Notes: a model not told the origin generated them from the sequence alone. A DNA stretch of 36,178 nucleotides from Candidatus Bathyarchaeia archaeon (GCA_038883795.1 JAVZLK010000013.1:1-36178); one strand, 5' to 3'; positions 1 through 10,057 are shown, counted from the stretch's first letter. Numbers and translations: made by a program.

Positions 1-1455
1 GATACAAACTATTATAACCCAACATATCCATCCTACGTTGCTGGTTTCTATTCATCGAGTTATACAAAAACGTATTACAAACGAAATATGATACATTTAG
101 ACTGTTGGCAATGGTGGCGCAGACTTGGACCAGCAGGCTATCAATGGTTCCCAGATAGGCCAGACTTAGTAGTATCCGAAGATCGCGCAAATCTATACGA
201 ATCTGTACTCGCACACGAGTACCAACATTTAATTCACAGCGACTATAACCCGGGAAATCCAACATGGCTTAATGAGGGCTGCTCAGATTTTGCTCAAATA
301 TTATGTGGATGGCCCCACACAATATGGAGCCACGTAAATAACTTCTTGGCAACACCTGACAATTCACTAACTGTTTGGAGCGACCAAGGTGACATAAACA
401 TTCTGGCAGATTACGGTGCTGCAGCACTATTCATGACATACCTAAGTGATCACTATGGTGGGGCAAGCTTCATAAGTTACTTTGTAAAAAGAGGTAAGTC
501 TGGAATTTCCGGCCTTAACGCTGCTTTGCAAGACTTTGGTTACACCGTAACATTTGACGATATTTTCCGTGACTGGAGAATTGCCAACCTGATTCATTCA
601 GATACCCCTGGAGAAGGCAAATACAATTACAGGACAATCGACCTAAGCAAGCCTCCAGCGATACAAACAAGAACATACACAGTTAACGGTCTCCCCGTTC
701 CTCCGACAAAGGGAACAGACTTTGGAAACACAATTACCTATTTAGGTTATGATACAGGTGTGTCCAAGATAAGAGAGTACGGCACAGACTACATAATGCT
801 CCAAGGATGGCAGGAAATGGGTTCAATCAGTTTTGACGGCGAAGATGGAAAAAGCGCCATAGTAACGGTTATCGAGGCTTACACCGAGAAGAAGGGAGAA
901 ATTAAATATGTCATAAGTGACATGGAACTCTCCAAACCAGCGTTAACCGGTGTTCAGAGAGCCTTTATGTTAGAACCTAACTACGTCATCTTAGCCCTCA
1001 GCTATATAGGCTCAGCAGGATGGTCAGACTACACATTCGCAGTCGAAATCGTACCCACATTGAAAGCCACAGTTGTTGCTAATCCTGTTTCTTTGAATTT
1101 GAGGAGTAGCGGTGTTTGGGTAACCGCCTACGTTGAGCTTCCTGAGGGTTATGATGTTGGCGGTATTGATGTTTCAACGGTTCTTGTGAACTTCACTGTT
1201 CCGGTGGACGCTTATGCGCCGTTCACTATTGGAGACTATGATGGCGATGGTACACCAGACTTGATGGTTAAATTTAGCAGGGCTGAAATAATAAGCTTCA
1301 TTCTGGGCAACATAAACATTGAAGACGGATTCGGCACAGCCACGCTGAGAATAACAGGCTACCTAACCGATGGAACACCATTCCAAGGAACCGCCACAAT
1401 CAAAATAATACTGCCAACAACAAAAGAAAAACTCACCACCCTCGAATCCCTCTAA
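1..1455 (+). CDS. Secreted zinc metallopeptidase (M30/M6-like) with C-terminal Ca-binding-type domain; 5' end lies outside the window
   Basis: Frame is open from base 1. HExxH motif (AHEYQHLIH) followed by WLNEG; C-terminal domain carries a DxDxDG loop (GDYDGDGTPD). Confidence 0.85.
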   Translation, partial: DTNYYNPTYPSYVAGFYSSSYTKTYYKRNMIHLDCWQWWRRLGPAGYQWFPDRPDLVVSEDRANLYESVLAHEYQHLIHSDYNPGNPTWLNEGCSDFAQILCGWPHTIWSHVNNFLATPDNSLTVWSDQGDINILADYGAAALFMTYLSDHYGGASFISYFVKRGKSGISGLNAALQDFGYTVTFDDIFRDWRIANLIHSDTPGEGKYNYRTIDLSKPPAIQTRTYTVNGLPVPPTKGTDFGNTITYLGYDTGVSKIREYGTDYIMLQGWQEMGSISFDGEDGKSAIVTVIEAYTEKKGEIKYVISDMELSKPALTGVQRAFMLEPNYVILALSYIGSAGWSDYTFAVEIVPTLKATVVANPVSLNLRSSGVWVTAYVELPEGYDVGGIDVSTVLVNFTVPVDAYAPFTIGDYDGDGTPDLMVKFSRAEIISFILGNINIEDGFGTATLRITGYLTDGTPFQGTATIKIILPTTKEKLTTLESL

Positions 1456-1486
1456 CACACCCACTAAAACCAACCACCACCCCCAC

Positions 1487-1492
1487 TTTTTT
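1487..1492 (+). terminator. Putative archaeal oligo-T terminator
   Basis: T6 run about 30 nt after the peptidase stop codon. Confidence 0.45.
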
Positions 1493-1769
1493 AAGAGCTT
1501 TAGCAGCAAACTCTTCGCAAATATCACTGGTTTCTGTTGGGAAAAGTTTATTATGGCTTTCAGGGGTTGGGTGTTTTGTTTGACTGATTGTTTGATGCAT
1601 CTCTTTGTATTTTGTGGTGGATGTGGGTGGGTTGGGGAGAGAAGGGTTTGAGAGAGAAAAAGATAAAATTTGAAGCTATCGCCGTTTCGCTTGTGTTTAG
1701 TTTTGCTAATGATTGAGGCTTCATAACTTTTAATGCTTCGGATTCCGACTATAAAAGGGCTGAACGAGG

Positions 1770-2006
1770 ATGCCACAAATGAAGGTGCTTATGGAAAAGG
1801 ATGCCCAGCAAATCGCCATAGAATTCTTGAAGAAGAGGAAGAACACTGAAAGGATAGACATATCCTCAATTGAGCAGAGGGACGGATGCTGGGTTATTAA
1901 GGGAACATGCCCCATAGACTTAGAAGGACACCCATGGGCTGAAAAATTCGAAGTTGTAGTTGACATGAAGGGGAGGATAAAATCTACAGACTTTTCATTG
2001 TTGTAA
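1770..2006 (+). CDS. Small hypothetical protein (78 aa)
   Basis: Clean ORF with purine-rich codon usage and an alpha/beta-like pattern; co-oriented with the downstream usp gene. Confidence 0.75.
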   Translation: MPQMKVLMEKDAQQIAIEFLKKRKNTERIDISSIEQRDGCWVIKGTCPIDLEGHPWAEKFEVVVDMKGRIKSTDFSLL

Positions 2007-2080
2007 ACGGCAAACCTCACCATTTTTAGAATCAAAAAGCATATTTGAGAATAAAGCTGTTAAAACAATTGGAGATAGTC

Positions 2081-2545
2081 TTGTTTAATAAAATTCTTGT
2101 TCCATTGGATGGCTCTGAACACTCTTTAAGGGCGCTGGACATCGCCATACAACTAGCTAAAAAGTTTAATGGAAAAATCACCCTAATCCATGTTTATTCC
2201 GTAAGCGTCAGACCCATAGTCGTTCCAGAACCATCAACATTAACGCCTGGGATACCAATAATGGCTCCTACAGAATATTCGAGGGTGGCTGAAGCCGTTA
2301 GAGAGGCTGGAGCCAGAATACTAGCCCAAGGCAAGGAAAGAGCCAAGGCTGAAGGCGTTGAGGCTGAAACCATGCTTAGGGAAGGACATGTTATCCATGA
2401 AATTGTTAAGGCGGCTGAAGATGGCAAGTTTGACCTAATCGTCATGGGCGCCAGAGGCATAAGCAAGATAAAGGAGCTGATTCTTGGAAGCGTAAGCGAC
2501 GGCGTAATAAGAAACGCCCCATGTCCTGTCCTAGTCACAAAATAG
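2081..2545 (+). CDS. uspA: Universal stress protein (UspA family)
   Basis: KILVPLDGSEHS at the N-terminus and DLIVMGARG...LILGSVSDGVIRNAPCPVLV ATP-binding signature. TTG start at 2081 after GGAGA preferred over 2045. Confidence 0.95.
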   Translation: MFNKILVPLDGSEHSLRALDIAIQLAKKFNGKITLIHVYSVSVRPIVVPEPSTLTPGIPIMAPTEYSRVAEAVREAGARILAQGKERAKAEGVEAETMLREGHVIHEIVKAAEDGKFDLIVMGARGISKIKELILGSVSDGVIRNAPCPVLVTK

Positions 2546-2617
2546 TTTTCTCCAGTTTTGCCAGTTAAAGTTATTATTGTGAGTGGGCTTATTCTGAATG
2601 GACTAATAGCCTATTGA

Positions 2618-2690
2618 AGCCCGGTGGTGTAGCGGTCAAGCATGGGGGCCTCTGGAGCCCCTGACGGGAGTTCGAATCTCCCCCGGGCTA
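2618..2690 (+). tRNA. tRNA-Gln(CTG)
   Basis: Acceptor stem AGCCCGG/CCGGGCT with A1-U72 (archaeal tRNA-Gln trait), anticodon stem GGGGC/GCCCC, anticodon CTG at 2652-2654, T-loop GTTCGAATC; no intron and no encoded CCA. Confidence 0.97.
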
Positions 2691-2794
2691 CTACACCAAA
2701 ACAGTTAGATTCTGACCAATTTTTGTACACAGAATGACACAAGATTTTCACCCATCAGTTTGTGGTGCACGCTTGTGAAAAATCTTGTGGGTTC

Positions 2795-2880
2795 CGGGTT
2801 TGCGGGGCTTGCGGCACATTCAGTTGGATTCCGACGCGGAAAAGAAGACCTACAAGAATAAGCAGCCCAGCGCAGAAGGC
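2795..2880 (-). pseudogene. Fragment of a membrane-protein gene paralogous to 33322..34144
   Basis: Translates to LLILVGLLFRVGIQLNVPQAPQTR versus MLILGSLLFRIGIQLNVPQAPQIR. 57 of 70 nt identical, ungapped (2795-2864 vs 33623-33692, hand count). Confidence 0.85.
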
Positions 2881-3038
2881 CACCCCCAAGTTTTTTGGCG
2901 CGGATGATTTTGGCGAATTCTATGAGCTCTTTGATTTTTGGGCGCACAGTCCATCAAGGCCCTAATATTTTCGTAGGCTTCCTTCTCCGTTATTGTGGCA
3001 AGCGAATAATTGAAATCCTGTATTAAATGACAGAGAAT

Positions 3039-3052
3039 GAAAAGTTTAAATA
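3039..3052 (+). promoter_or_regulatory. Putative BRE/TATA promoter of the M20-livGFHM operon
   Basis: GAAAAG-TTTAAATA about 60 nt upstream of ATG 3114. Confidence 0.5.
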
Positions 3053-3113
3053 AAGACTTTAAAATTTAATTCTAGACACATTAAATAGCATCCTTTGATG
3101 GAAGTAGCAAAAC

Positions 3114-4439
3114 ATGGTTGCGGACAAGAAGTTAAAAAATGCCATTGATAAATACTTCAATGCTCGAGAAACTAAAGATTTTGTGGTCGAAGCTATTAAA
3201 ACGCCACACACCAACACTAAATACTGGGAAAGGGAGCCCAATATCCATTACTATATTCAGAAATTTCTGCAACCACTTTTTGATGAGGTTGGCATTAACA
3301 CGTGGATTGATGACCAAGGAAATTTAATTGCAAGAATGGGTAAAGGAAAAAGCGGTAAAAGAACTCTAATTATACAGCATGCGATGGCATGGGGAGCAGC
3401 AGAAGACGAAGATGAGTATGCCCATTTAAGCCCAATCCATGAGCCCGGCGAGGTCTTAGACGCTGAGAATCTCAACATTGATGGGTTTAACCCCAAAGAA
3501 TTTGGTGTTGAAGGCGAAGTGGTTTGGGGGAGAGATGCCAGCGAAACAATACCCTCAACAATTGCTGCGCTAGAGGCTGCCCGAACCTTGGCACGCGCTG
3601 GAATTGAAATACCCGGTGAAGTGGTATTCATAGTCACGTCCGGAGGGCATCAGGGCAGTTCAGACAACATATTTCATTTGATTTTTAATGATGAAATCAA
3701 AGCAGATATGGCTGTACATGCAGCCTGTATGGCCGCGGGGCAGCAATTGACGATAGGTGTTGGAAGTCTTGGAAGAGTTGATATAAAGGTAACAGTATAT
3801 GGAAGGTTGGGTCACACTTCAGATTATAAACAAGAGAAGGCGATGAATGCTATTGAAGGTGCTTTTACTGCCTTACAGCGACTTAGAAAGATTATGCCTT
3901 TCCCTCCTGGACCTGTAGACCCAGATTTTGGCGTTGGACCAAAACTGACTCCCATTGCTATAGAAAGTTACCCAAAACCTCCGACATTTAAATGGGGACT
4001 AGGCAGCGGTGGACATACAAATCAAGACGTGGTAAGAATTGTTTTTGACAGACGAATCTTGCCAGGAGAGAGTGTTGATAATGCCGTTAAACAGATGGAA
4101 GACGCCATAGGCGATATTTCACCGTTTAAATATAAATTAGAAAGAGGGGCGTACCACTTCCCGTGGAAGGTCCCTAAAGATGCACCTGTTGTTAAAATAT
4201 TGTCTGACGGTGTAAGGGTGATGTTAGGGAAAGAGCCGAGGCTGTCATATTCTACAGCAGCTTGGGATCACGGCTCAGTAAATAAATTAGGCATACCTTG
4301 CGTTAAATTTGGCGCTGGTGGACCTATTTGCTCTGATCCGCCGATCGGGCCCCACACTAAACACGAATTTGCAGTACTAAACTGGATTTACGACGTCTCA
4401 AAAGTTTACGCATACTTTGCAGTTAAGTCGACATCTTAA
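3114..4439 (+). CDS. M20/ArgE-DapE family metallohydrolase-fold protein with degenerate metal site
   Basis: DDQGNLIAR, WGR, dimerisation domain (GRVDIKVTVYGRLGHTS, NAI, FDRRILPGE), FGAG and HTKHE are present; HxD, EE and EP motifs are altered. Confidence 0.85.
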   Translation: MVADKKLKNAIDKYFNARETKDFVVEAIKTPHTNTKYWEREPNIHYYIQKFLQPLFDEVGINTWIDDQGNLIARMGKGKSGKRTLIIQHAMAWGAAEDEDEYAHLSPIHEPGEVLDAENLNIDGFNPKEFGVEGEVVWGRDASETIPSTIAALEAARTLARAGIEIPGEVVFIVTSGGHQGSSDNIFHLIFNDEIKADMAVHAACMAAGQQLTIGVGSLGRVDIKVTVYGRLGHTSDYKQEKAMNAIEGAFTALQRLRKIMPFPPGPVDPDFGVGPKLTPIAIESYPKPPTFKWGLGSGGHTNQDVVRIVFDRRILPGESVDNAVKQMEDAIGDISPFKYKLERGAYHFPWKVPKDAPVVKILSDGVRVMLGKEPRLSYSTAAWDHGSVNKLGIPCVKFGAGGPICSDPPIGPHTKHEFAVLNWIYDVSKVYAYFAVKSTS

Positions 4440-4455
4440 TAACATATTATAAGGG

Positions 4456-5190
4456 ATGGCGATGTTGGAAGGAGAAAACGTGACCGTACGATTTGGCGGC
4501 TTGACGGCTTTAAATAATGTAAATTTTAAAGTGGAGAAAAATAGAGTAGTAGGTTTAATAGGCCCCAACGGAGCTGGAAAAACAACATTGTTCAACTGTA
4601 TTAGTGGCGTTGTACACCCTTGTAAAGGTGATATATTTTTTAATGGGGAAAAAATTACTGGTCTGGTTCCAGATCAAATAACTAAGCGTGGTATTGCAAG
4701 GACTTTTCAGATTCCACATCCATTCAATGATATGACTGGTGTCGAAAATGTTATGGTTGCTATTCTTTATGGGCGGAAAAAATCAGTGAGCTTTGCAGAA
4801 AGTAAACATGAGGCTGTACGCATTCTTGATTTAGTGGGTTTAAGTGATAAAGGAAACGTTATGGCAAAACATTACACATTAGTTGATAAAAGAAAATTAG
4901 AGGTGGCAAGAGCTTTGGCGGTTGAACCGGAACTTATCTTGCTAGATGAGGTGGTTGCCGGTATGAACCCAACAGAGGCCGTAGAAGCAATGCAACTTAT
5001 TGGAAAAATTCGAAAAGAGCTCCATATTACAATTTTCTGGATCGAACATGTGATGAAGGCAATAATGAATGTTGCAGATAAAATAATAGTCTTGGAATCT
5101 GGCAGTAAAATATGTGAGGGCCAACCTAAGGAGGTTGCTTCCGACAGAAAAGTTATATCTGCATATTTGGGGGAAAGATATGCCTTCTGA
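4456..5190 (+). CDS. livG: Branched-chain amino acid-type ABC transporter ATP-binding subunit
   Basis: FGGLTAL, Walker A GPNGAGKTT, GIARTFQ, Walker B ILLDE, IEH, AYLG. Confidence 0.95.
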   Translation: MAMLEGENVTVRFGGLTALNNVNFKVEKNRVVGLIGPNGAGKTTLFNCISGVVHPCKGDIFFNGEKITGLVPDQITKRGIARTFQIPHPFNDMTGVENVMVAILYGRKKSVSFAESKHEAVRILDLVGLSDKGNVMAKHYTLVDKRKLEVARALAVEPELILLDEVVAGMNPTEAVEAMQLIGKIRKELHITIFWIEHVMKAIMNVADKIIVLESGSKICEGQPKEVASDRKVISAYLGERYAF

Positions 5191-5902
5191 ACAACGAATT
5201 CTAGAAGTTAATAATATCAGTGCAGGCTATGGAGAACTTAATGTGCTAAGTGAAGTTTCTTTTTATATGAAAGAAGGTGAAATGGTCGCTTTACTGGGCG
5301 CTAATGCCATGGGAAAGACAACAACACTAAGGGCAATATCCGGGCTGATTAGACCAAACTCCGGCGAGATTATTTTTGATGGCAGAAGAATTAATAAAGT
5401 TCCTCCACATAAGATAGTTGAACTCGGATTGATTCACGTACCTGAAGGACGGCAATTATTTACTAATATGACTGTGCTGGAGAACCTAGAAATGGGCGCT
5501 TACATCAAAAGAGCAGAAGAAAAAATAAAAGATAACATGGAGTTTGTTTTCCAATTATTCCCCGTTCTTAAAGAACGAAAGCATCAATTAGCCGGCACGC
5601 TCAGTGGCGGTGAACAGCAGATGCTGGCAATAGCACGCGGTTTAATGGCATGTCCTAAGCTTCTTATGCTGGATGAGCCTTCTTCTGGCCTCGCGCCCAA
5701 ACTTGTTGAAAAACTGTATGAAACAATAAAACAAGTTAACGCTGCGGGAATAGCGTTGCTTATTGTCGAACAATATGTAATGCACGCATTGCAGACAGTT
5801 GAACGGGCATATATTATGGAAAACGGAAGAATTGTCCTAGAGGGACAGAGTAAAGACTTATTAAACAACGACTATGTCAAGAAAGTTTATTTGGGCTTAT
5901 AG
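5180..5902 (+). CDS. livF: Branched-chain amino acid-type ABC transporter ATP-binding subunit
   Basis: GANAMGKTT, VPEGRQLF, LSGGEQQ, LMLDEPS, VEQ. ATG 5180 overlaps the livG stop. Confidence 0.95.
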   Translation: MPSEQRILEVNNISAGYGELNVLSEVSFYMKEGEMVALLGANAMGKTTTLRAISGLIRPNSGEIIFDGRRINKVPPHKIVELGLIHVPEGRQLFTNMTVLENLEMGAYIKRAEEKIKDNMEFVFQLFPVLKERKHQLAGTLSGGEQQMLAIARGLMACPKLLMLDEPSSGLAPKLVEKLYETIKQVNAAGIALLIVEQYVMHALQTVERAYIMENGRIVLEGQSKDLLNNDYVKKVYLGL

Positions 5903-5913
5903 GTGTGAGTTGT

Positions 5914-6774
5914 ATGTTAACATTAATCATTCAAGGGTTAATTAGCGGCATTTTACTTGGTGGTGTGTATGCATTATTGTCAGCAGGGCTAAGTCTATAT
6001 TTTGGCGTTGCACGCGTAGCAAATTCAGCTCATGCAGCCTTTGCAATTTTTGCAGCTCATATAGCACTCTTTCTTTATGGTTTAGCGGGAGTTGATCCCA
6101 TTCTGTCGATACCCATTATAATGCTTATACTTTTTATAATTGGAGCTGTTCAACAAAAAGTTCTTGTTAATCAAGTGATTCAGCAACATCCCTTGACAAG
6201 GTTGACCTTAACCTTTTTTGTAGCAATTGTTGTGGAAAATGCTATGATATTATTCTGGCAAAATATTTATAGATCAATAATTACCCCGTACGCGATTGGT
6301 TCAATAGTATTATATGGAATTTCATTCCCGTTAATACGCGTCGTTGCATTTATTTTATCCATGGCTACGTTAGTTTTTCTGATGCTAATTCTGAAATATA
6401 CAAAAATTGGAAAGGCCATACGGGCAACCGCGGAAAATGGAGAAGCAGCTCAGATTTGTGGAGTGAATATAAGCCTCATTTATACACTAACCGCCGGGAT
6501 CGCTTTTAGTTTAGGGGGGTTAGGAGGAGTTCTACTAGGATTACTCTTCACATTTTATCCTGCGGCACACGTATTCTGGATTGGGAAAATGTACACAATT
6601 GTTATTCTAGGTGGAATTGCGAGTATAGAGGGGTCCTTCGTCGCTGCATTTATAATAGGGTTCCTTGAGGCTTTCGTAGGGATATATTTGTCCATTATGT
6701 GGGCTTCAGTAATTTCGTGGATGATGGTGTTATTAATGCTGTCATTTCGACGTGGGGGGCTTCTTGGAAAATGA
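5914..6774 (+). CDS. livH: Branched-chain amino acid-type ABC transporter permease
   Basis: Hydrophobic; GGVYALLSAGLSL, NSAH, GKAIRATAEN, VILGG. Confidence 0.92.
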   Translation: MLTLIIQGLISGILLGGVYALLSAGLSLYFGVARVANSAHAAFAIFAAHIALFLYGLAGVDPILSIPIIMLILFIIGAVQQKVLVNQVIQQHPLTRLTLTFFVAIVVENAMILFWQNIYRSIITPYAIGSIVLYGISFPLIRVVAFILSMATLVFLMLILKYTKIGKAIRATAENGEAAQICGVNISLIYTLTAGIAFSLGGLGGVLLGLLFTFYPAAHVFWIGKMYTIVILGGIASIEGSFVAAFIIGFLEAFVGIYLSIMWASVISWMMVLLMLSFRRGGLLGK

Positions 6775-7721
6775 AATTTGAAAAAAATAAATTTTTATTC
6801 TCGTTTGGACTAGTTGTGGTTTTTCTAGCAATTATTCTACCATTGATTAAACAAGTTTATCTGCTAAGTTCGATTATTTTAATATTAATGAATTATGCCA
6901 TTTACGCTGGGTGGAATATTTTAGGGGGGTTTACAGGCTACAACAATTTCGGGCACGTTGCCTTTTTTGGAATTGGAGCTTACATCGCCGCGATGTTAAC
7001 GAAGTATTTTGGACTTTACTTATGGAGTTTGCCTATAATAATAGCTGCAACCTCAATAATCGCCGCATTAGTAGGGTGGCCCCTTTTACGGTTAAGGGGA
7101 ATATACTTTGGTTTGGGTACAATTCCTATTAATTACATTTTCCAATATTTAATAATTCTTTTACCTTTTACTGGAGGAGCTTTAGGACTAGTTTTAAAGT
7201 CGACAATTTCACTTGACCCCTTGAGCTTCGAAATACTATACTATGAGTTATTCCTTGTTCTGGCCGCCCTTACTTTTATTATATCATATAAGTTACTCAA
7301 TTCAAGGATGGGGCTGGGTTTAATTGCGATTAGAGAGGATGAAGATACGGCGTTAGTTTTTGGCGTTCCAGTCACTAAACTCAAGGTTATGGCTTTTATA
7401 GTTAGCGCAATTCCGACAGCTCTAGCAGGGGGGCTTTATGCATGCTACACACTTTATGTGGAGCCAGCGGCAGTATTTATGTTTTCCATATCGCTGTACT
7501 CAATCGGAGCCAATTACCTTGGAGGCAGAGGAACCGTAATGGGGCCTCTTATATCTAGCGTGATAATCACAACTTTGATGGAGCAACTTCGCTTTGCCAT
7601 TGGAGTAGCATATGAAGGTTTAAGTATGCTTATCTTTGGCTTAATCATTATTTTAATAATCCTTTATTGCCCAGAAGGAATTGTAGGTCGACTAAAAAAG
7701 AAATCCAAAATGTTTTTCTGA
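6771..7721 (+). CDS. livM: Branched-chain amino acid-type ABC transporter permease
   Basis: GFTGYNNFGHVAFFGIGAY, LRLRGIYF, AIREDE, LGGRGT. ATGA overlap with the livH stop. Confidence 0.92.
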   Translation: MKFEKNKFLFSFGLVVVFLAIILPLIKQVYLLSSIILILMNYAIYAGWNILGGFTGYNNFGHVAFFGIGAYIAAMLTKYFGLYLWSLPIIIAATSIIAALVGWPLLRLRGIYFGLGTIPINYIFQYLIILLPFTGGALGLVLKSTISLDPLSFEILYYELFLVLAALTFIISYKLLNSRMGLGLIAIREDEDTALVFGVPVTKLKVMAFIVSAIPTALAGGLYACYTLYVEPAAVFMFSISLYSIGANYLGGRGTVMGPLISSVIITTLMEQLRFAIGVAYEGLSMLIFGLIIILIILYCPEGIVGRLKKKSKMFF

Positions 7722-7810
7722 ATTCTCTAGAATTTAGTGGAGAGTTTATCAAAAAGATTTTATTCGGAAACGTTCAGACTTCGCCACTAAACTGCAATTT
7801 TAAATTGAGG

Positions 7811-10057
7811 TTATCCTTTAGTACAAAATAAATTAGATATTTCTGCAGCCTTGTAAATTCTGCAAAGTGCTGTTCTAAGAGGCCATGTTCCTATTTGTTG
7901 GTTACAGCAATTAGGATCATCGTTAGTGCAAACGTTTATGTTTGACAGCCAAACACCGCCTAGCCATGGTTCTTCGGCGGGAAGTTCTGGATACCACCAT
8001 CCATGCTCGGCATGGATTATGTCTGGATCCATGCCATCAAAAAGTGTTGCCTTTTGAAGAACTTTACCTCTTAAAGTTTCAATCCACACCCAGTCTCCTT
8101 CGTTTATGCCGAGCTTTTTGGCTGTTTCAGGGTGAATTTGGACCAATGGGTAAGGATGCAATTTACGGACGGATTGGACGTTTCGCCATTCCGAGTGAAA
8201 GAACTGACGGGTTCTGCCTCCAGTAATAAGGGTATATGGGAATTTTTCAGCAAGTTCTGGATTACTGATAGGGCTTTCAGACGGCTCTTCATAGTACGGC
8301 AGAGGATCATATCCAAGCTTCTCGAGAATTGTTGAATACAACTCAACTTTCCCGGTGGGAGTAGCAAATCCTAAAGGCTTACCGGTGTCAGGGTTGATCT
8401 TCTCATACTTCTTAAACTCTTGATTCCTATGCTCATAGCGAACATTATGAACTAAATTTTTAAAAGTTTGCCCCATTTCTTTTACACACCAATCATAGCA
8501 TTCTTCTAGATTTTTCCATGGCCAATACTCCCGCTGGCCAAGCCTAAGGCCAAGTTCACGCCAGAATTCATATTCATTCCTTCTATCATATTCGCCGGGA
8601 ACACATGATGGTAATGCAGCCTCACCAAAAATAGTGTATGGTGCATAGTCGTCAAAATTCCATAAAACAGGTCTTTCAAGCCATGATGCAGCTGGTAGAA
8701 CGTAATCTGCCAACATTGCGCTAGGGGTCATAAAACAGTCAAAAACTACGTATAACTCAAGGTTTAGACTTTTCAAAGCTTTATAGACGAGTTTTGTGTT
8801 TGCCTGTGTAACCATGGGATTGCTATCGCTCGTTATTAAGGCTTTAATGGGATATGGTTTTCCTTCAAGTATCGCCCTATAAAGGGTTGGACCGTGAGCT
8901 TGCGTAATCCCTGTCGGTCTGCACCACACTTTCTTTTGGCAATCTGAAATGATTCGCCTCCCAAGGACTTGAAACAACTTAAACCGTTCACATCCAAGTT
9001 GTTTCATTCTCCAAGCAGCTTCCATCGCCATCAATGTGAGCTCAGCCTTCCTCATTTTTGGATGAGGCCCTGTCAATTCCTCGCCTCCTTCAACATCGAT
9101 GTTACCTGTTAATGCGGCAAGAATCCACCTTGCATGCAAAGCTTGAGCGTTGTTAGGTAAATGTTCAATCCCCATTCCTTCGATCATAACTCCAGGCTTG
9201 TTTGTCGCATACATCCTAGCGGCTTCTCTAATCTTATCCTTTGGAACGCGAGTGATTTTTTCGACTTTTTCCAGCGGGTATTCTTTTATACGCTCCTTTA
9301 ATTTATTAAATCCGTAACACCAATTTTCAACAAAATAATTGTCATACAATTCCTCCTCAATTATCACATTTATCATTCCCAATAGTAAGGCAGCATCCGT
9401 ACCAGGCCTAAGTTTTAGCCAGACATCAGCCATAGAGGCGGATTTTGTGCGTCTAGGATCGATTACGATGAGTTTTGCGCCTCTTTTTCTTGCTTCTAAG
9501 ATTATTTTAGCGGTTTTGGGACGTGAGATTAGGGGTTCGCAACCTAAAAGCACAATACACCTGCTTGTACTTTTCACTGAATAAAGAGGGAACATGCCGC
9601 AAACAACTTCCGCCATAAGAGCTCTTACAGCAAAGCATACCGTAGCTTGCCCTACAATATTGGGACTGCCAAGAATAGAAAAGAACCGCGCCTTACATTC
9701 GATGTCAACCGTTCTGGGTTCGGTGCCGTGGGTCGCAGCTATAGCTTCTGGTCCGTATTTTTCTTTTATTTCTTTAAGTTTTGCTGCAATTTCATCTAGC
9801 GCTTGATCCCATGAAATTCTTTCCCATTTTCCCTCGCCCCTTTCACCCACCCTTTTCAAAGGATAATTAAGACGCCCAGGATGGTAAAACCATTCTTTAG
9901 CTGCAAGTAATCTTGGACATCCTTTATTTGATGGATAAACCTCAACGGGATAGTTTGGATCCGGCTCAACTTTCAAAAGTCGACCATTCTCAACGTAGAC
10001 AAGAACGCCGCATTCACCTTTACACCATGTACAAATAGACTTCTTTACTTCGATCAT
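7811..10057 (-). CDS. Mo/W-bisPGD oxidoreductase (DMSO reductase superfamily, acetylene hydratase-like clade), 748 aa
   Basis: N-terminal CxxCxxxC..C Fe-S motif (CTWCKGEC...GCP), WERISWDQALDEIA, Cys metal ligand (ATVCF), ADYVLPAASWLE, ATPTGKVEL, HAEHGWW; no Tat signal. Confidence 0.92.
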   Translation of the reverse strand: MIEVKKSICTWCKGECGVLVYVENGRLLKVEPDPNYPVEVYPSNKGCPRLLAAKEWFYHPGRLNYPLKRVGERGEGKWERISWDQALDEIAAKLKEIKEKYGPEAIAATHGTEPRTVDIECKARFFSILGSPNIVGQATVCFAVRALMAEVVCGMFPLYSVKSTSRCIVLLGCEPLISRPKTAKIILEARKRGAKLIVIDPRRTKSASMADVWLKLRPGTDAALLLGMINVIIEEELYDNYFVENWCYGFNKLKERIKEYPLEKVEKITRVPKDKIREAARMYATNKPGVMIEGMGIEHLPNNAQALHARWILAALTGNIDVEGGEELTGPHPKMRKAELTLMAMEAAWRMKQLGCERFKLFQVLGRRIISDCQKKVWCRPTGITQAHGPTLYRAILEGKPYPIKALITSDSNPMVTQANTKLVYKALKSLNLELYVVFDCFMTPSAMLADYVLPAASWLERPVLWNFDDYAPYTIFGEAALPSCVPGEYDRRNEYEFWRELGLRLGQREYWPWKNLEECYDWCVKEMGQTFKNLVHNVRYEHRNQEFKKYEKINPDTGKPLGFATPTGKVELYSTILEKLGYDPLPYYEEPSESPISNPELAEKFPYTLITGGRTRQFFHSEWRNVQSVRKLHPYPLVQIHPETAKKLGINEGDWVWIETLRGKVLQKATLFDGMDPDIIHAEHGWWYPELPAEEPWLGGVWLSNINVCTNDDPNCCNQQIGTWPLRTALCRIYKAAEISNLFCTKG
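8669..8735. repeat. 67-bp perfect direct repeat, copy 1 (copy 2 at 10978-11044)
   Basis: Base-by-base identical; encodes FMTPSAMLADYVLPAASWLERP in both paralogs. Confidence 0.95.
9743..9883. repeat. 141-bp perfect direct repeat, copy 1 (copy 2 at 12298-12438)
   Basis: Base-by-base identical; 47 codons, HPGRLNYPL...KEKYGPEA. Confidence 0.95.

Noticed and set aside
1456-1650. MITE or inverted repeat from the C/A-rich and G/T-rich tracts
   Set aside because: Complementarity is compositional only; no exact terminal inverted repeats or target-site duplication.
2705-2965. ORFs 2705..2947 (-) and 2762..2965 (+, Cys-rich) as real genes
   Set aside because: They overlap a pseudogene fragment read in a different frame; the region looks like a mosaic of remnants.
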